From Ranitomeya imitator (Eukaryota), in assembly GCF_032444005.1 (NCBI RefSeq), contig NC_091283.1, forward strand, positions 33,108,001 to 33,172,000: 64,000 bases of DNA. The letters are read 5' to 3'. A program made the position numbers and the translations under genes. Every line of letters starts with the position of its first letter. The first letter of the stretch is position 1. Below the pieces are notes generated by a model that did not search any database, was not told where the DNA came from, and saw only the letters and a list, made by a program, of their open reading frames with translations. Below, piece after piece: positions 1 to 13,000 of this stretch.

Positions 1-3000
1 GCCATCATTCCCTGTAGACATTACCAAGACGCCATCATTCCCTGTAGACACCAAGACGTCATCATTCCCTGTAGACACCAAGACGCCATCATTCCCTGTA
101 GACATTACCAAGACGCCATCATTCCCTGTAGACATTACCAAGACGCCATAATTCCCTGTAGTCATTACCAAGACGCCATAATTCCCTGTAGACACCAAGA
201 CGTCATCATTCCCTGTAGGCACCAAGACGCCATCATTCCCTGTAGACACCATCATTCCCTGTAGACATTACCAAGACGTCATCATTCCCTGTAGACACCA
301 AGACGCCATCATTCCCTGTAGACACCAAGACGCCATCATTCCCTGTAGTCATTACCAAGAAGCCATCATTCCCTGTAGACACCAAGACGCCATCATTCCC
401 TGTAGTCATTACCAAGACGCCATCATTCCCTGTAGACACCAAGACGCCATCATTCCCTGTAGACATTACCAAGACGCCATCATTCCCTGTAGACATTACC
501 AAGACGCCATCATTCCCTGTAGACATTACCAAGACGCCATTATTCCCTGTAGACACCAAGACACCATCATTCCTTGTAGTCATTACCAAGACGCCATCAT
601 TCCCTGTAGACACCAAGACGCCATCATTCCCTGTAGACATTACCAAGATGCCATCATTCCCTGTAGTCATTACCAAGACGCCATCATTCCCTGTAGACAC
701 CAAGACGCCATCATTCCCTGTAGACATTACCAAGACGCCATTAATCCCTGTAGACACCAAGAAGCCATCATTCCTTGTAGTCATTACCAAGACGCCATCA
801 TTCCCTGTAGACATTACCAAGACGCCATCATTCCCTGTAGACATTACCAAGACGCCATCATTCCCTGTAGACATTACCAAGACGCCATCATTCCCTGTAG
901 ACATTACCAAGACGCCATCATTCCCTGTAGACATTACCAAGACGCCATCATTCCCTGTAGACATTACCAAGACGCCATCATTCCCTGTAGACATTACCAA
1001 GACGCCATCATTCCCTGTAGACATTACCAAGACGCCATCATTCCCTGTAGACATTACCAAGACGCCATCATTCCCTGTAGACACCAAGACGCCATCATTC
1101 CCTGTAGACACCAAGACGCCATCATTCCCTGTAGACATTACCAAGACGCCATCATTCCCTGTAGACACCAAGACGCCATCATTCCCTGTAGACACCATCA
1201 TTCCCTGTAGACATTACCAAGACGCCATCATTCCCTGTAGACATTACCAAGACGCCATCATTCCCTGTAGGCATTACCAAGACGCCATCATTCCCTGTAG
1301 ACATTACCAAGACGCCATCATTCCCTGTAGGCATTACCAAGACGCCATCATTCCCTGTAGACATTACCAAGACGTCATCATTCCCTGTAGACACCAAGAT
1401 GCCATCATTTCCTGTAGACACCAAGACGCCATCATTCCCTGTAGACATTACCAAGACGCCATCATTCCCTGTAGACACCAAGACGCCATCATTCCCTGTA
1501 GACATTACCAAGACGCCATCATTCCCTGTAGACACCAAGACGCCATCATTCCCTGTAGACACCAAGACGCCATCATTCCCTGTAGACATTACCAAGACGC
1601 CATCATTCCCTGTAGACATTACCAAGACGCCATCATTCCCTGTAGACACCAAGACGCCATCATTCCCTGTAGACATTACCAAGACGCCATCATTCCCTGT
1701 AGACATTACCAAGACGCCATCATTCCCTGTAGACATTACCAAGACGCCATCATTCCCTGTAGACACCAAGACGTCATCATTCCCTGTAGACATTACCAAG
1801 ATGCCATCTTTCCCTGCAGACATTAGAAAGACCCGCCATCTTTCCCTGTAGATATTACCAAGATGCCGCCATCTTTCTCTGTAGACATTACCAAGACACC
1901 ATCATTCCCTGTAGTCATTACCACGATGCCGCCATCTTTCCCTGTAGACACCAAGACGCCATCATTCCCTGTAGACATTACCAAGACGCCATCTTTCCCT
2001 GTAGATATTACCAAGACCCGCCATCTTTCCCTGTAGACATTACCAAGATGCCACCATCATTCCCTGTAGACATTACCAAGATGCCATCTTTCCCTGTAGA
2101 CATTACAAAGACCCGCCATCTTTCCCTGTAGACCTTACCAAGATGCCGCCATCATTCCCTGTAGACATTACCAAGACACCATCTTTCCCTGTAGACATTA
2201 CCAAGACGCCATCATTCCCTGTAGACATTACCAAGACGCCATCATTCCCTGTAGACACCAAGACGCCATCATTCCCTGTAGACACCAAGACGCCATCATT
2301 CCCTGTAGACATTACCAAGACGCCATCATTCCCTGTAGACACCAAGACGCCATCATTCCCTGTAGACACCATCATTCCCTGTAGACATTACCAAGACGCC
2401 ATCATTCCCTGTAGACATTACCAAGACGCCATCATTCCCTGTAGGCATTACCAAGACGCCATCATTCCCTGTAGACATTACCAAGACGCCATCATTCCCT
2501 GTAGGCATTACCAAGACGCCATCATTCCCTGTAGACATTACCAAGACGTCATCATTCCCTGTAGACACCAAGATGCCATCATTTCCTGTAGACACCAAGA
2601 CGCCATCATTCCCTGTAGACATTACCAAGACGCCATCATTCCCTGTAGACACCAAGACGCCATCATTCCCTGTAGACATTACCAAGACGCCATCATTCCC
2701 TGTAGACACCAAGACGCCATCATTCCCTGTAGACATTACCAAGACGCCATCATTCCCTGTAGACATTACCAAGACGCCATCATTCCCTGTAGACACCAAG
2801 ACGCCATCATTCCCTGTAGACATTACCAAGACGCCATCATTCCCTGTAGACATTACCAAGACGCCATCATTCCCTGTAGACACCAAGACGTCATCATTCC
2901 CTGTAGACATTACCAAGATGCCATCTTTCCCTGCAGACATTAGAAAGACCCGCCATCTTTCCCTGTAGACATTACCAAGATGCCGCCATCTTTCTCTGTA

Positions 3001-3790
3001 GACATTACCAAGACACCATCATTCCCTGTAGTCATTACCACGATGCCGCCATCTTTCCCTGTAGACACCAAGACGCCATCATTCCCTGTAGACATTACCA
3101 AGACGCCATCTTTCCCTGTAGACATTACCAAGATGCCACCATCATTCCCTGTAGACATTACCAAGACCCGCCATCTTTCCCTGTAGACATTACCAAGATG
3201 CCACCATCATTCCCTGTAGACATTACCAAGATGCCATCTTTCCCTGTAGACATTACAAAGACCCGCCATCTTTCCCTGTAGACCTTACCAAGATGCCGCC
3301 ATCATTCCCTGTAGACATTACCAAGACACCATCTTTCCCTGTAGTCATCACCAGGAATCCGCAATAATTTCCTGTAGGCATGACAGAGCTTCTGCCACAC
3401 TTCACTGTAGGCATCACTAAGCCTCCACCATGCTTCACTGTAGGCATCACAAAGCCCCATCTTTCACTGTAAGCATCACTAAGCCTCCATAATGCTTCAC
3501 TGTAGTCATCACCAAGCCCCATCTTTCACTGTAAGCGTCACTAAGCCTCCATCATGCTTCACTGTAGTCATCACCAAGCCCTACTATTTCTCACTATAGG
3601 AGTCACAGCCGCCAACCATGCTTCAGTGCAGGCATCACTTTGGCCCCGGCATCTTTCACTATAGGCATCACAGAACCTCTCCCGCACTTCACTGTAGACG
3701 TGACCAAGCCCCCCCCATCTTTCACTGTAGGTGTCCCCAAGCCCCGCCATCTTTCATTGTAGGTGTCCCCAAGCCCCGCCATTTTTCATT
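1..3790. repeat. Minisatellite array, 27/30/33-bp units (GCCATCATTCCCTGTAGACATTACCAAGAC), grading into a more diverged 33-bp unit at 3350-3790
   Basis: Tandem units are directly visible. A block of about 1.1-1.2 kb is duplicated (about 1190-2140 and 2365-3290). ORFs 233-3522 are repeat artefacts. Confidence 0.97.
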
Positions 3791-4029
3791 GTAGGAGTCT
3801 CTATTCTAGTAACTAGGTTATGGCGGCCATGTTTTGGTTGCTAGGCAGTGTGCCCCTAGTAACCAGGTGACATTACTGCATTATTCCTCTATTTCAGTAA
3901 CTAGCTCATGGAAGCCATATATTTTTTGCCAAATGAAGACGACTCAGGAAGGAGGGGAGGCTGCTCTTTACTGATCTTCTTGGACCATGTGGTCACCAAT
4001 CATCGGAATTGTCCGTGCTCCCAGAAGAC

Positions 4030-4371
4030 TCAGGGTCCGCCTGGGGTCTTTTTTTCGTATGGACTGTCGTGCATTTCCAGAGTGAATTTCCTATTGAACG
4101 TCTTGTCGCACTTGTAACATTTATAGGGTTTCTCGCCCGTGTGAATCCTCAGGTGCCGCACCAGGTGGGCGCTGTGGCCGAACGCCTTGGAGCACTGGAT
4201 GCACTGGTGCGGCCGATCCCCCGGGGGAGTCTGTTGATGCCTCTTTAGGCTGGAGGAGTTGGTGAAAGTGCAATTACATGTGGGGCACATGAACGGCCTC
4301 ACCCCCGTGTGGACCCTCGTGTGGGCAGTAAGGAGTCACTGCTTGATGAAGGTCTTCTCACATTCACAGCA
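4030..4371 (-). pseudogene. Decayed C2H2 zinc-finger segment, four fingers
   Basis: The minus strand reads CCECEKTFIKQ*LLTAHTRVHTGVRPFMCPTCNCTFTNSSSLKRHQQTPPGDRPHQCIQCSKAFGHSAHLVRHLRIHTGEKPYKCYKCDKTFNRKFTLEMH. There is an in-frame TGA at 4338-4336, finger 2 lacks its last His, and finger 4 loses the HxxxH pattern (probable frameshift). TGEKPY-type linkers are present. Confidence 0.8.
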
Positions 4372-7300
4372 CCCTCCATCGCCAACCGGCCCAGATCTGC
4401 CCCCACCCTCCATCACCAACCGGCCCAGATCTGCCCCCACCCTCCATCACCAACCAGCCCAGATCTGCCCCAACCCTCCATCCCCGACCGGGCCAGATCT
4501 GCCCCCACCCTCCATCATCAACCGGGCCAGATCTGCCCCCACCCTCCATCACCAACCATCCCAGATCTGCCCCCACCCTCCATCACCAACCGGCCCAGAT
4601 CTGCCCCCACCCTCCATCACCAACCGGCCCAGATCTGCCCCCACCCTCCATCCCCGACCGGGCCAGATCTGCCCCCACCCTCCATCACCAACCGGCCCAG
4701 ATCTGCCCCCACCCTCCATCGCCCACCGGGCCAGATCTGCCGCCATCCTCCATCACCAACCGGCCCAGATCTGCCACCATCCTCCATCACCAACCGGCCC
4801 AGATCTGCCGCCATTCTCCCATCACGAACCGGCCCAGATCTGCCCCACCCTTCATCACCGACCGGGCCAGATCTGCCACCACCTTCCATCCCCGACCGGA
4901 CCAGATCTGCCCCCACCCTCCATCCCCGACAAGACCAGATCTGCCACCACCTTCCATCCCCGACCGAACCAGATTTGTCCCCACCCTCCATCCCAGATCT
5001 GCCGCCACCCTCCATCCCAGACCGGACCAGATCCGCCCCCACCCTCCATCCCCGAACAGACCAGATCTGCAGCCATCCTCCATCCCCGAGCGGACCAGAT
5101 CTGCCCCCATCCTCCATCCCCAACCGGACCAGATCTGCCCCCCCCTCCATCCCCAACCGAACCAGATCTGTCCCCACCCTCCATCCCCGAACAGACCAGA
5201 TCTGCCAGTATCCTCCATCCCCGACTGGACCAGATCTGCCGCCACCTTCCATCCCCGACCGGGCCAGATCTGCCTCCATCTCCGACCGGACCAGGTCTGT
5301 CCCCACCCTCCATCACCCACCGGATCAGATCTGCCCCCTCCCTCCATCCCCAAACAGACAAGATCTACCACTATCCTCCATTCCCGACCGGACCAGATCT
5401 GCCCCCACCCTCCATCCCCGACCAAATCTGCTCCCACCCTCCATCCCCGACCGGGCCAGATCTGCCCCCACCCTCCATCACCAACCGGCCCAGATCTGCC
5501 CCCACCCTCCATCGCCCACCGGGCCAGATCTGCCGCCATCCTCCATCACCAACCGGCCCAGATCTGCCACCATCCTCCATCACCAACCGGCCCAGATCTG
5601 CCGCCATTCTCCCATCACGAACCGGCCCAGATCTGCCCCACCCTTCATCACCGACCGGGCCAGATCTGCCACCACCTTCCATCCCCGACCGGACCAGATC
5701 TGCCCCCACCCTCCATCCCCGACAAGACCAGATCTGCCACCACCTTCCATCCCCGACCGAACCAGATTTGTCCCCACCCTCCATCCCAGATCTGCCGCCA
5801 CCCTCCATCCCAGACCGGACCAGATCCGCCCCCACCCTCCATCCCCGAACAGACCAGATCTGCAGCCATCCTCCATCCCCGAGCGTACCAGATCTGCCCC
5901 CATCCTCCATCCCCAACCGGACCAGATCTGCCCCCCCCTCCATCCCCAACCGAACCAGATCTGTCCCCACCCTCCATCCCCGAACAGACCAGATCTGCCA
6001 GTATCCTCCATCCCCGACTGGACCAGATCTGCCGCCACCTTCCATCCCCGACCGGGCCAGATCTGCCTCCATCTCCGACCGGACCAGGTCTGTCCCCACC
6101 CTCCATCACCCACCGGATCAGATCTGCCCCCTCCCTCCATCCCCAAACAGACAAGATCTACCACTATCCTCCATTCCCGACCGGACCAGATCTGCCCCCA
6201 CCCTCCATCCCCGACCAAATCTGCTCCCACCCTCCATCCCCGACCGGGCCAGATCTGCCCCCACCCTCCATCACCAACCGGCCCAGATCTGCCCCCACCC
6301 TCCATCGCCCACCGGGCCAGATCTGCCGCCATCCTCCATCACCAACCGGCCCAGATCTGCCACCATCCTCCATCACCAACCAGCCCAGATCTGCCGCCAT
6401 TCTCCATCACCAACCGGCCCAGATCTGCCCCACCCTTCATCACCGACCGGGCCAGATCTGCCACCACCTTCCATCCCCGACCGGACCAGATCTGCCCCCA
6501 CCCTCCATCCCCGATCGGCCCAGATCTGCCCCCACCCTCCATCCCCGACAAGACCAGATCTGCCACCACCTTCCATCCCCGACCGAACCAGATTTGTCCC
6601 CACCCTCCATCCCCGAACAGACCAGATCTGCCCCCATCCTCCATCCCCAACCGAACCAGATCTGTCCCCACCCTCCATCCCCGAACAGACCAGATCTGCC
6701 ACTATCCTCCATCCCCGACTGGACCAGATCTGCCGCCACCTTCCATCCCCGACCGGGCCAGATCTGCCTCCATCCTCCATCTCCGACCGGACCAGGTCTG
6801 TCCCCACCCTCCATCACCCACCGGATCAGATCTGCCCCCTCCCTCCATCCCCAAACAGACAAGATCTACCACTATCCTCCATTCCCGACCGGACCAGATC
6901 TGCCCCCACCCTCCATCCCCGACCGGGCCAGATCTGCCCCCACCCTCCATCACCAACCGGCCCAGATCTGCCCCCACCCTCCATCGCCCACCGGGCCAGA
7001 TCTGCCGCCATCCTCCATCACCAACCGGCCCAGATCTGCCACCATCCTCCATCACCAACCAGCCCAGATCTGCCGCCATTCTCCATCACCAACCGGCCCA
7101 GATCTGCCCCACCCTTCATCACCGACCGGGCCAGATCTGCCACCACCTTCCATCCCCGACCGGACCAGATCTGCCCCCACCCTCCATCCCCGACCGGCCC
7201 AGATCTGCCCCCACCCTCCATCCCCGACAAGACCAGATCTGCCACCACCTTCCATCCCCGACCGAACCAGATTTGTCCCCACCCTCCATCCCCGAACAGA

Positions 7301-8235
7301 CCAGATCTGCCCCCATCCTCCATCCCCAACCGAACCAGATCTGTCCCCACCCTCCATCCCCGAACAGACCAGATCTGCCACTATCCTCCATCCCCGACTG
7401 GACCAGATCTGCCGCCACCTTCCATCCCCGACCGTTCCAGATCTGCCTCCATCCTCCATCTCCGACCGGACCAGGTCTGTCCCCACCCTCCATCACCCAC
7501 CGGATCAGATCTGCCCCCTCCCTCCATCCCCAAACAGACAAGATCTACCACTATCCTCCATTCCCGACCAGACCAGATCTGCCCCCACCCTCCATCCCCG
7601 ACCAAATCTGCTCCCACCCTCCATCCCCGACCGGACCAGATCTGCCGCCATCCTCCATCACCGACCGGACCAGATCTGCCCCCACCCTCCATCCCCGACC
7701 GGACCAGATCTGCCGCCACCCTCCATCCCCGACCGGACCAGATCTGCCCCCACCCTCCATCCCCAACCGGACCAGATCTGCCGCCATCCTCCATCACCGA
7801 CCGGACCAGATCTGCCGCCATCCTCCATCCCCGACTCGACCAGATCTGCCCCCACCCTCTATCCCCGACCGGACCAGATCTGCCGCTATCCTCCATCACC
7901 GACCGGACCAGATCTGCCCCCACCCTCCATCACCAACCGGCCCAGATCTGCCGCCATTCTTCATCACCAATCGGACCAGATCTGCCCCACCCTTCATCCC
8001 CAACCGGCCCAGATCTGCCCCCACCCTCCATCCCCGACCGGACCAGATCTGCCCCCACCTTCCATCCCCGACCGGACCAGATCTGCCCCCACCTTCCATC
8101 CCCGACCGGACCAGATCTGCCGCCATCCTCCATCCCCGACCGGACCAGATCTGCCCCCACCTTCCATCCCCGACCGGACCAGATCTGTCGCCACCCTCCA
8201 TCCCCGACCGGACCAGATCTGTCGCCATCCTCCAT
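4372..8235. repeat. C-rich minisatellite, unit about 34 bp (CCCCGACCGGACCAGATCTGCCCCCACCCTCCAT), with higher-order duplications
   Basis: Tandem units are visible. Near-identical blocks recur at offsets of 793 bp (4787/5580) and 679 bp (6339/7018). The unit has no + strand stop codon, which explains the 1331- and 1355-aa ORFs. Confidence 0.97.
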
Positions 8236-8399
8236 CGCTCCTGCCCTCCTCTGATATCACCTGCCCTGTTCTCTGACCATCCCGCCCGCTCCTCAGCCCG
8301 CACACATCAGTGCAGACCCTGCAGGCAGCTCCCACCAGTGCGGCTTCACACAGGAGCTGCGCCAAAGCCAAACTAAGACATACCGTAACCCAATAACGA

Positions 8400-8640
8400 A
8401 ATAAACCTGGACTGTGATTGGTGGAACAAGTGAGGCCACGCCCACGAAAGTCTGCGATTTCTTTTCTTTTATTGGTTGAGTCCTTTCAGGCAAGCCTCGC
8501 TTTCAGAATGGAAACTAAGCGTCCTGATTGGTGGATTCTGTGCTGGAACGCACAAGACTTCCGGCTGTCAGGAACGTGAGAGCCGCGCTGCGGAGACTGA
8601 GCCGGGAGAGAAGGTCGGTGTGAGCAGAGGACACGTATCC
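8400..8640 (+). promoter_or_regulatory. Probable VARS2 housekeeping promoter and non-coding first exon
   Basis: Reverse CCAAT boxes (ATTGG) at 8417, 8471 and 8527, a GC/KLF box CCACGCCC at 8436, an ETS-type CTTCCGG at 8558, and candidate donors AAG/GTCGGT and GGT/GTGAGC near 8613-8625. The start site is not determined. Confidence 0.55.
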
Positions 8641-8789
8641 CGCCATACCGGGCCTATGTAATACTGCTGCCCCCCTACACTGCCGTACAGACCCCGAGTA
8701 ATGCTGCACAATATCTCTATATAATCCCGCCAGTGCCGGCATTATACCGCTGCTAATGACCCCCATGTAACGAGCCCATATAGTCCTGT

Positions 8790-9620
8790 AATGCCGCCAT
8801 ATAGTGCACAGGTCATGTCACCGTAATGTGGCACCATACGGCCCTGTCTATATAATAGTCCCGTACAGTTACTGACTCAGACTGCGCCCCCATACATCTC
8901 CACGTAATACGAATAATGCCGCCATACTGTTCCTGAATACTAAGCCCTTATAATGCCGTCATATAGTGCACAGGTAATGTCACCGTAATGTGGCACTATA
9001 CGGCCCTGTCTATATAAATGTGCCGTACAGTTACTGACTCAGACTGCGCCCATACATCGCCACGTAATACGAATAATGCCGCCATACTGTTCCTGAATAC
9101 TAAGCCCGTATAATGCCGCCATATAGTGCACAGGTCATGTCACCGTAATGTGGCACCATACGGCCCTGTCCATATAATGGTCCCGTACAGTTACTGACTC
9201 AGACTGCGCCCATACATCTCCACGTAATACAAATAATGCCGCCATACTGTTCCTGACTACTAAGCCCTTATAATGCCGCCATATAGTGCACAGGTCATGT
9301 CACCGTAATGTGGCACCATACGGCCCTGTCCATATAATGGTCCCGTACAGTTACTGACTCAGACTGCGCCCATACATCGCCACATAATACGAATAATGCC
9401 GCCATACTGTTCCTGAATACTAAGCCCGTATAATGCCGCCATATAGTGCAAGGTAATGTCACCGTAATGTTGCACTATCTGGCCCTAACTGTCCATATAA
9501 TGGTGCCGTACAGATACTGACTCAGACTGCGCCCATACATCGCCACGTAATACAAATAATGCCGCCATACTGTTCCTGACTACTAAGCCCGTATAATGCA
9601 GCCATACACTGCTGAATAAT
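8790..9620. repeat. About five tandem copies of a ~160-bp unit in the presumed VARS2 intron 1
   Basis: ATATAGTGCACAGGTCATGTCACCGTAATGTG-like starts recur at about 8800, 8960, 9120, 9280 and 9440. Confidence 0.9.
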
Positions 9621-10022
9621 CCCAACGTTCTTGTGCTAATGAATACATCCTGAATGTGGCCATATAATAAACTCAGAAAGAAGCCAACTACCCCCATGTA
9701 GTCCCTAGATAATCCTCCCTGACCGGGTATACGTAGTGCCGCCAGATAGTCCACTCCCAGACTGCGCCAATATAATGTGACACCTAAATAATAGGCCGCG
9801 CCCATCATGACACCCGTATACTTACTATACAGCGGCCACATAATGCCGCCATTCTGTGCCAATATAATGCCGCCAGATACCGCCACAAAAATACCCATAG
9901 TGCCGTGTTGCGGTTTCGTGTCTTATAGGGGCTTCACACAGCACAACGATCTCACTTTTAATGTCTGATATTTCACGTTTTTTCTGTTTTTTATTTTTAG
10001 GACTCCTCCCCCGCCCCTTACG

Positions 10023-13000
10023 ATGCTCCGCCTCTGCCGTGACCGCGGGGTCATTGGGGGAGCCCCCTGCAGGGGTGCCGCTAGTGTCACAGAGCAGATG
10101 AGGAGGGACGAGCGGCGGCGCCGGCAGTGCCAGCGGGAGGAGGACGCCGCCGCCGCCGCGCTGGAGACGGTGCGTAGCGCCTTATTACATGGTGCAGCGT
10201 GTACAGTGGATGGTCACTAATAGGCGCGATGTGTCCGCAGGCGGCTCCAGGGACCGGCCGGCGCTGGCGACACAAGGAGACCACAGAGTACGAAGGCCGC
10301 ACGGCGCCAGGAGAGAAGAAAGGTAGAAGGGAGAATCGGCGCCATCAGTCTGCTCTAACCCCTGTATCTGGAGGCCGACATTACCTGTGACACCTGCTGC
10401 TGCCAGGAGAGGGCAGTGTCTCAGCTCCATGGGAAAATGCATGACGAGAGATGGCGGCAGTGCCATAGGGGCATCAGTGGGAGGGAGGTGCACAGCGCTA
10501 ATGTCAGGCAGCAGGTGGGACTGCGCCGCTCTGTGGGCACGAGATGGCAGTATGTCTGCCTTGTATGATCTAGTACTTTGTGATTCTGGGTGGGTACAGT
10601 GTGGCAGTATGTTGTCTCTGTATGATATGTGGTCTATCAGGCACTATGTGAGCACAGTATGGCAGTATGTTAGCTCTGTATATGTGGCCTGTCTGGCACT
10701 ATGTGGGCACAGTGTGGCAATATGTTGTCTATATATATGTGGCCTGTCTGGGACTATGTGGGCACAGTATGGCAGTATGTTGTCTCTGTATGATGATATG
10801 TGGCCTGTCTGGCACTATGTGAGCACAGTATGGCAGTATGTTAGCTCTGTATATGTGGCCTGTCTGGCACTATGTGGGCACAGTGTGGCAATATGTTGTC
10901 TATATATATGTGGCCTGTCTGGGACTATGTGGGCACAGTATGGCAGTATGTTGTCTCTGTATGATGATATGTGGCCTGTCTGGCACTATGTGAGCACAGT
11001 ATGGCAGTATGTTGTCTATATATATGTGGCCTGTCTGGCACTATGTGAGCACAGTATGGCAGTATGTTGTCTATATATATGTGGCCTGTCTGGCACTATG
11101 TGAGCACAGTATGGCAGTATGTTGTCTATATATATGTGGCCTGTGGCACTATGTGGGCACAGTATGGCAGTATGTTGTCTCTGTATGATGATATGTGGTC
11201 TATCAGGCACTATGTGGGCACAGTATGGCAGTATGTTGTCTATATATATATGTGGCCTGTCTGGCACTATGTGAGCATAGTATGGCAGTATGTTGTCTAT
11301 ATATGTGGCCTGTCTGGCACTATGTGGGCACAGTATGGCAGTATGTTGTCTCTGTATGATGATATGTGGCCTGTCTGGCACTATGTGGGCACAGTATGGC
11401 AGTATGTTGTCTATATATGTGGCCTGTCTGGCACTATGTGGGCACAGTATGGCAGTATGTTGTCTCTGTATGATGATATGTGGTCTGTCAGGCACTATGT
11501 GGGCACAGTATGGCAATATGTTGTCTATATATATGTGGCCTGTCAGGCACTATGTGGGCACAGTATGGCAATATGTTGTCTATATATATATGGCCTGTCT
11601 GGCACTATGTGAGCACAGTGTGGCAGTATGTGGTCTATATATATGTGGCCTGTCTGGGACTATGTGGGCACAGTATGGCAATATGTTGTCTATATATATG
11701 TGGCCTGCCAGGCACTATGTGGGCACAGTATGGCAATATGTTGTCTATATATATATGGCCTGTCTGGCACTATGTGAGCACAGTGTGGCAGTATGTGGTC
11801 TATATATATGTGGCCTGTCTGGGACTATGTGGGCACAGTATGGCAGTATGTTGTCTATATATGTGGCCTGTCTGGCACTATGTGGGCACAGTATGGCAGT
11901 ATGTTGTCTCTGTATGATGATATGTGGTCTGTCAGGCACTATGTGGGCACAGTATGGCAATATGTTGTCTATATATATGTGGCCTGTCAGGCACTATGTG
12001 GGCACAGTATGGCAATATGTTGTCTATATATATATGGCCTGTCTGGCACTATGTGAGCACAGTGTGGCAGTATGTGGTCTATATATATGTGGCCTGTCTG
12101 GGACTATGTGGGCACAGTATGGCAATATGTTGTCTATATATATGTGGCCTGCCAGGCACTATGTGGGCACAGTATGGCAATATGTTGTCTATATATATAT
12201 GGCCTGTCTGGCACTATGTGAGCACAGTGTGGCAGTATGTGGTCTATATATATGTGGCCTGTCTGGGACTATGTGGGCACAGTGTGGCAATATGTTGTCT
12301 ATATATATGTGGCCTGTCTGGGACTATGTGGGCACAGTATGGCAATATGTTGTCTATATATATGTGGCCTGTCAGGCACTATGTGGGCACAGTATGGCAG
12401 TATGTGGTCTATATATATGTGGCCTGTCTGGCACTATGTGAGCACAGTATGGCAGTATGTGGTCTATATATATGTGGCCTGTCTGGGACTATGTGGGCAC
12501 AGTATGGCAATATGTTGTCTATATATATGTGGCCTGTCAGGCACTATGTGGGCACAGTATGGCAATATGTTGTCTATATATATATGGCCTGTCTGGCACT
12601 ATGTGAGCACAGTGTGGCAGTATGTGGTCTATATATATGTGGCCTGTCTGGGACTATGTGGGCACAGTGTGGCAATATGTTGTCTATATATATGTGGCCT
12701 GTCAGGCACTATGTGGGCACAGTATGGCAATATGTTGTCTATATATATATGGCCTGTCTGGCACTATGTGAGCACAGTATGGCAGTATGTTGTCTCTGTA
12801 TGATGATATGTGGCCTGTCTGGCACTATGTGGGCACAGTATGGCAGTATGTTGTCTATATATATGTGGCCTGTCTGGCACTATGTGAGCACAGTATTTCA
12901 GTATGTTGCCTCTGTATATGTGGCCTGTCTGGCACTATGTGGGCACAGTATGGCAGTATATATACTGTATACTCTGCCGGCCTTTCCTGATTAATGCCTT

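Noticed and set aside
233-3186. Repetitive ORFs on both strands (STGNDGVLVM, TPSFPVDITK, IIPCRHYQDA)
   Set aside because: They are open in several frames on both strands and switch frame at an 18-bp unit, so they are minisatellite artefacts.
4259-8376. ORFs of 1331 and 1355 aa (Pro-rich, mucin/extensin-like)
   Set aside because: They arise from a ~34-bp unit that cycles through all three frames and lacks + strand stops. Several frames are open at once and there is no splice or start context.
10387-12994. Cys/Trp/Tyr-rich long ORFs
   Set aside because: They are translations of the 55-bp intronic minisatellite.
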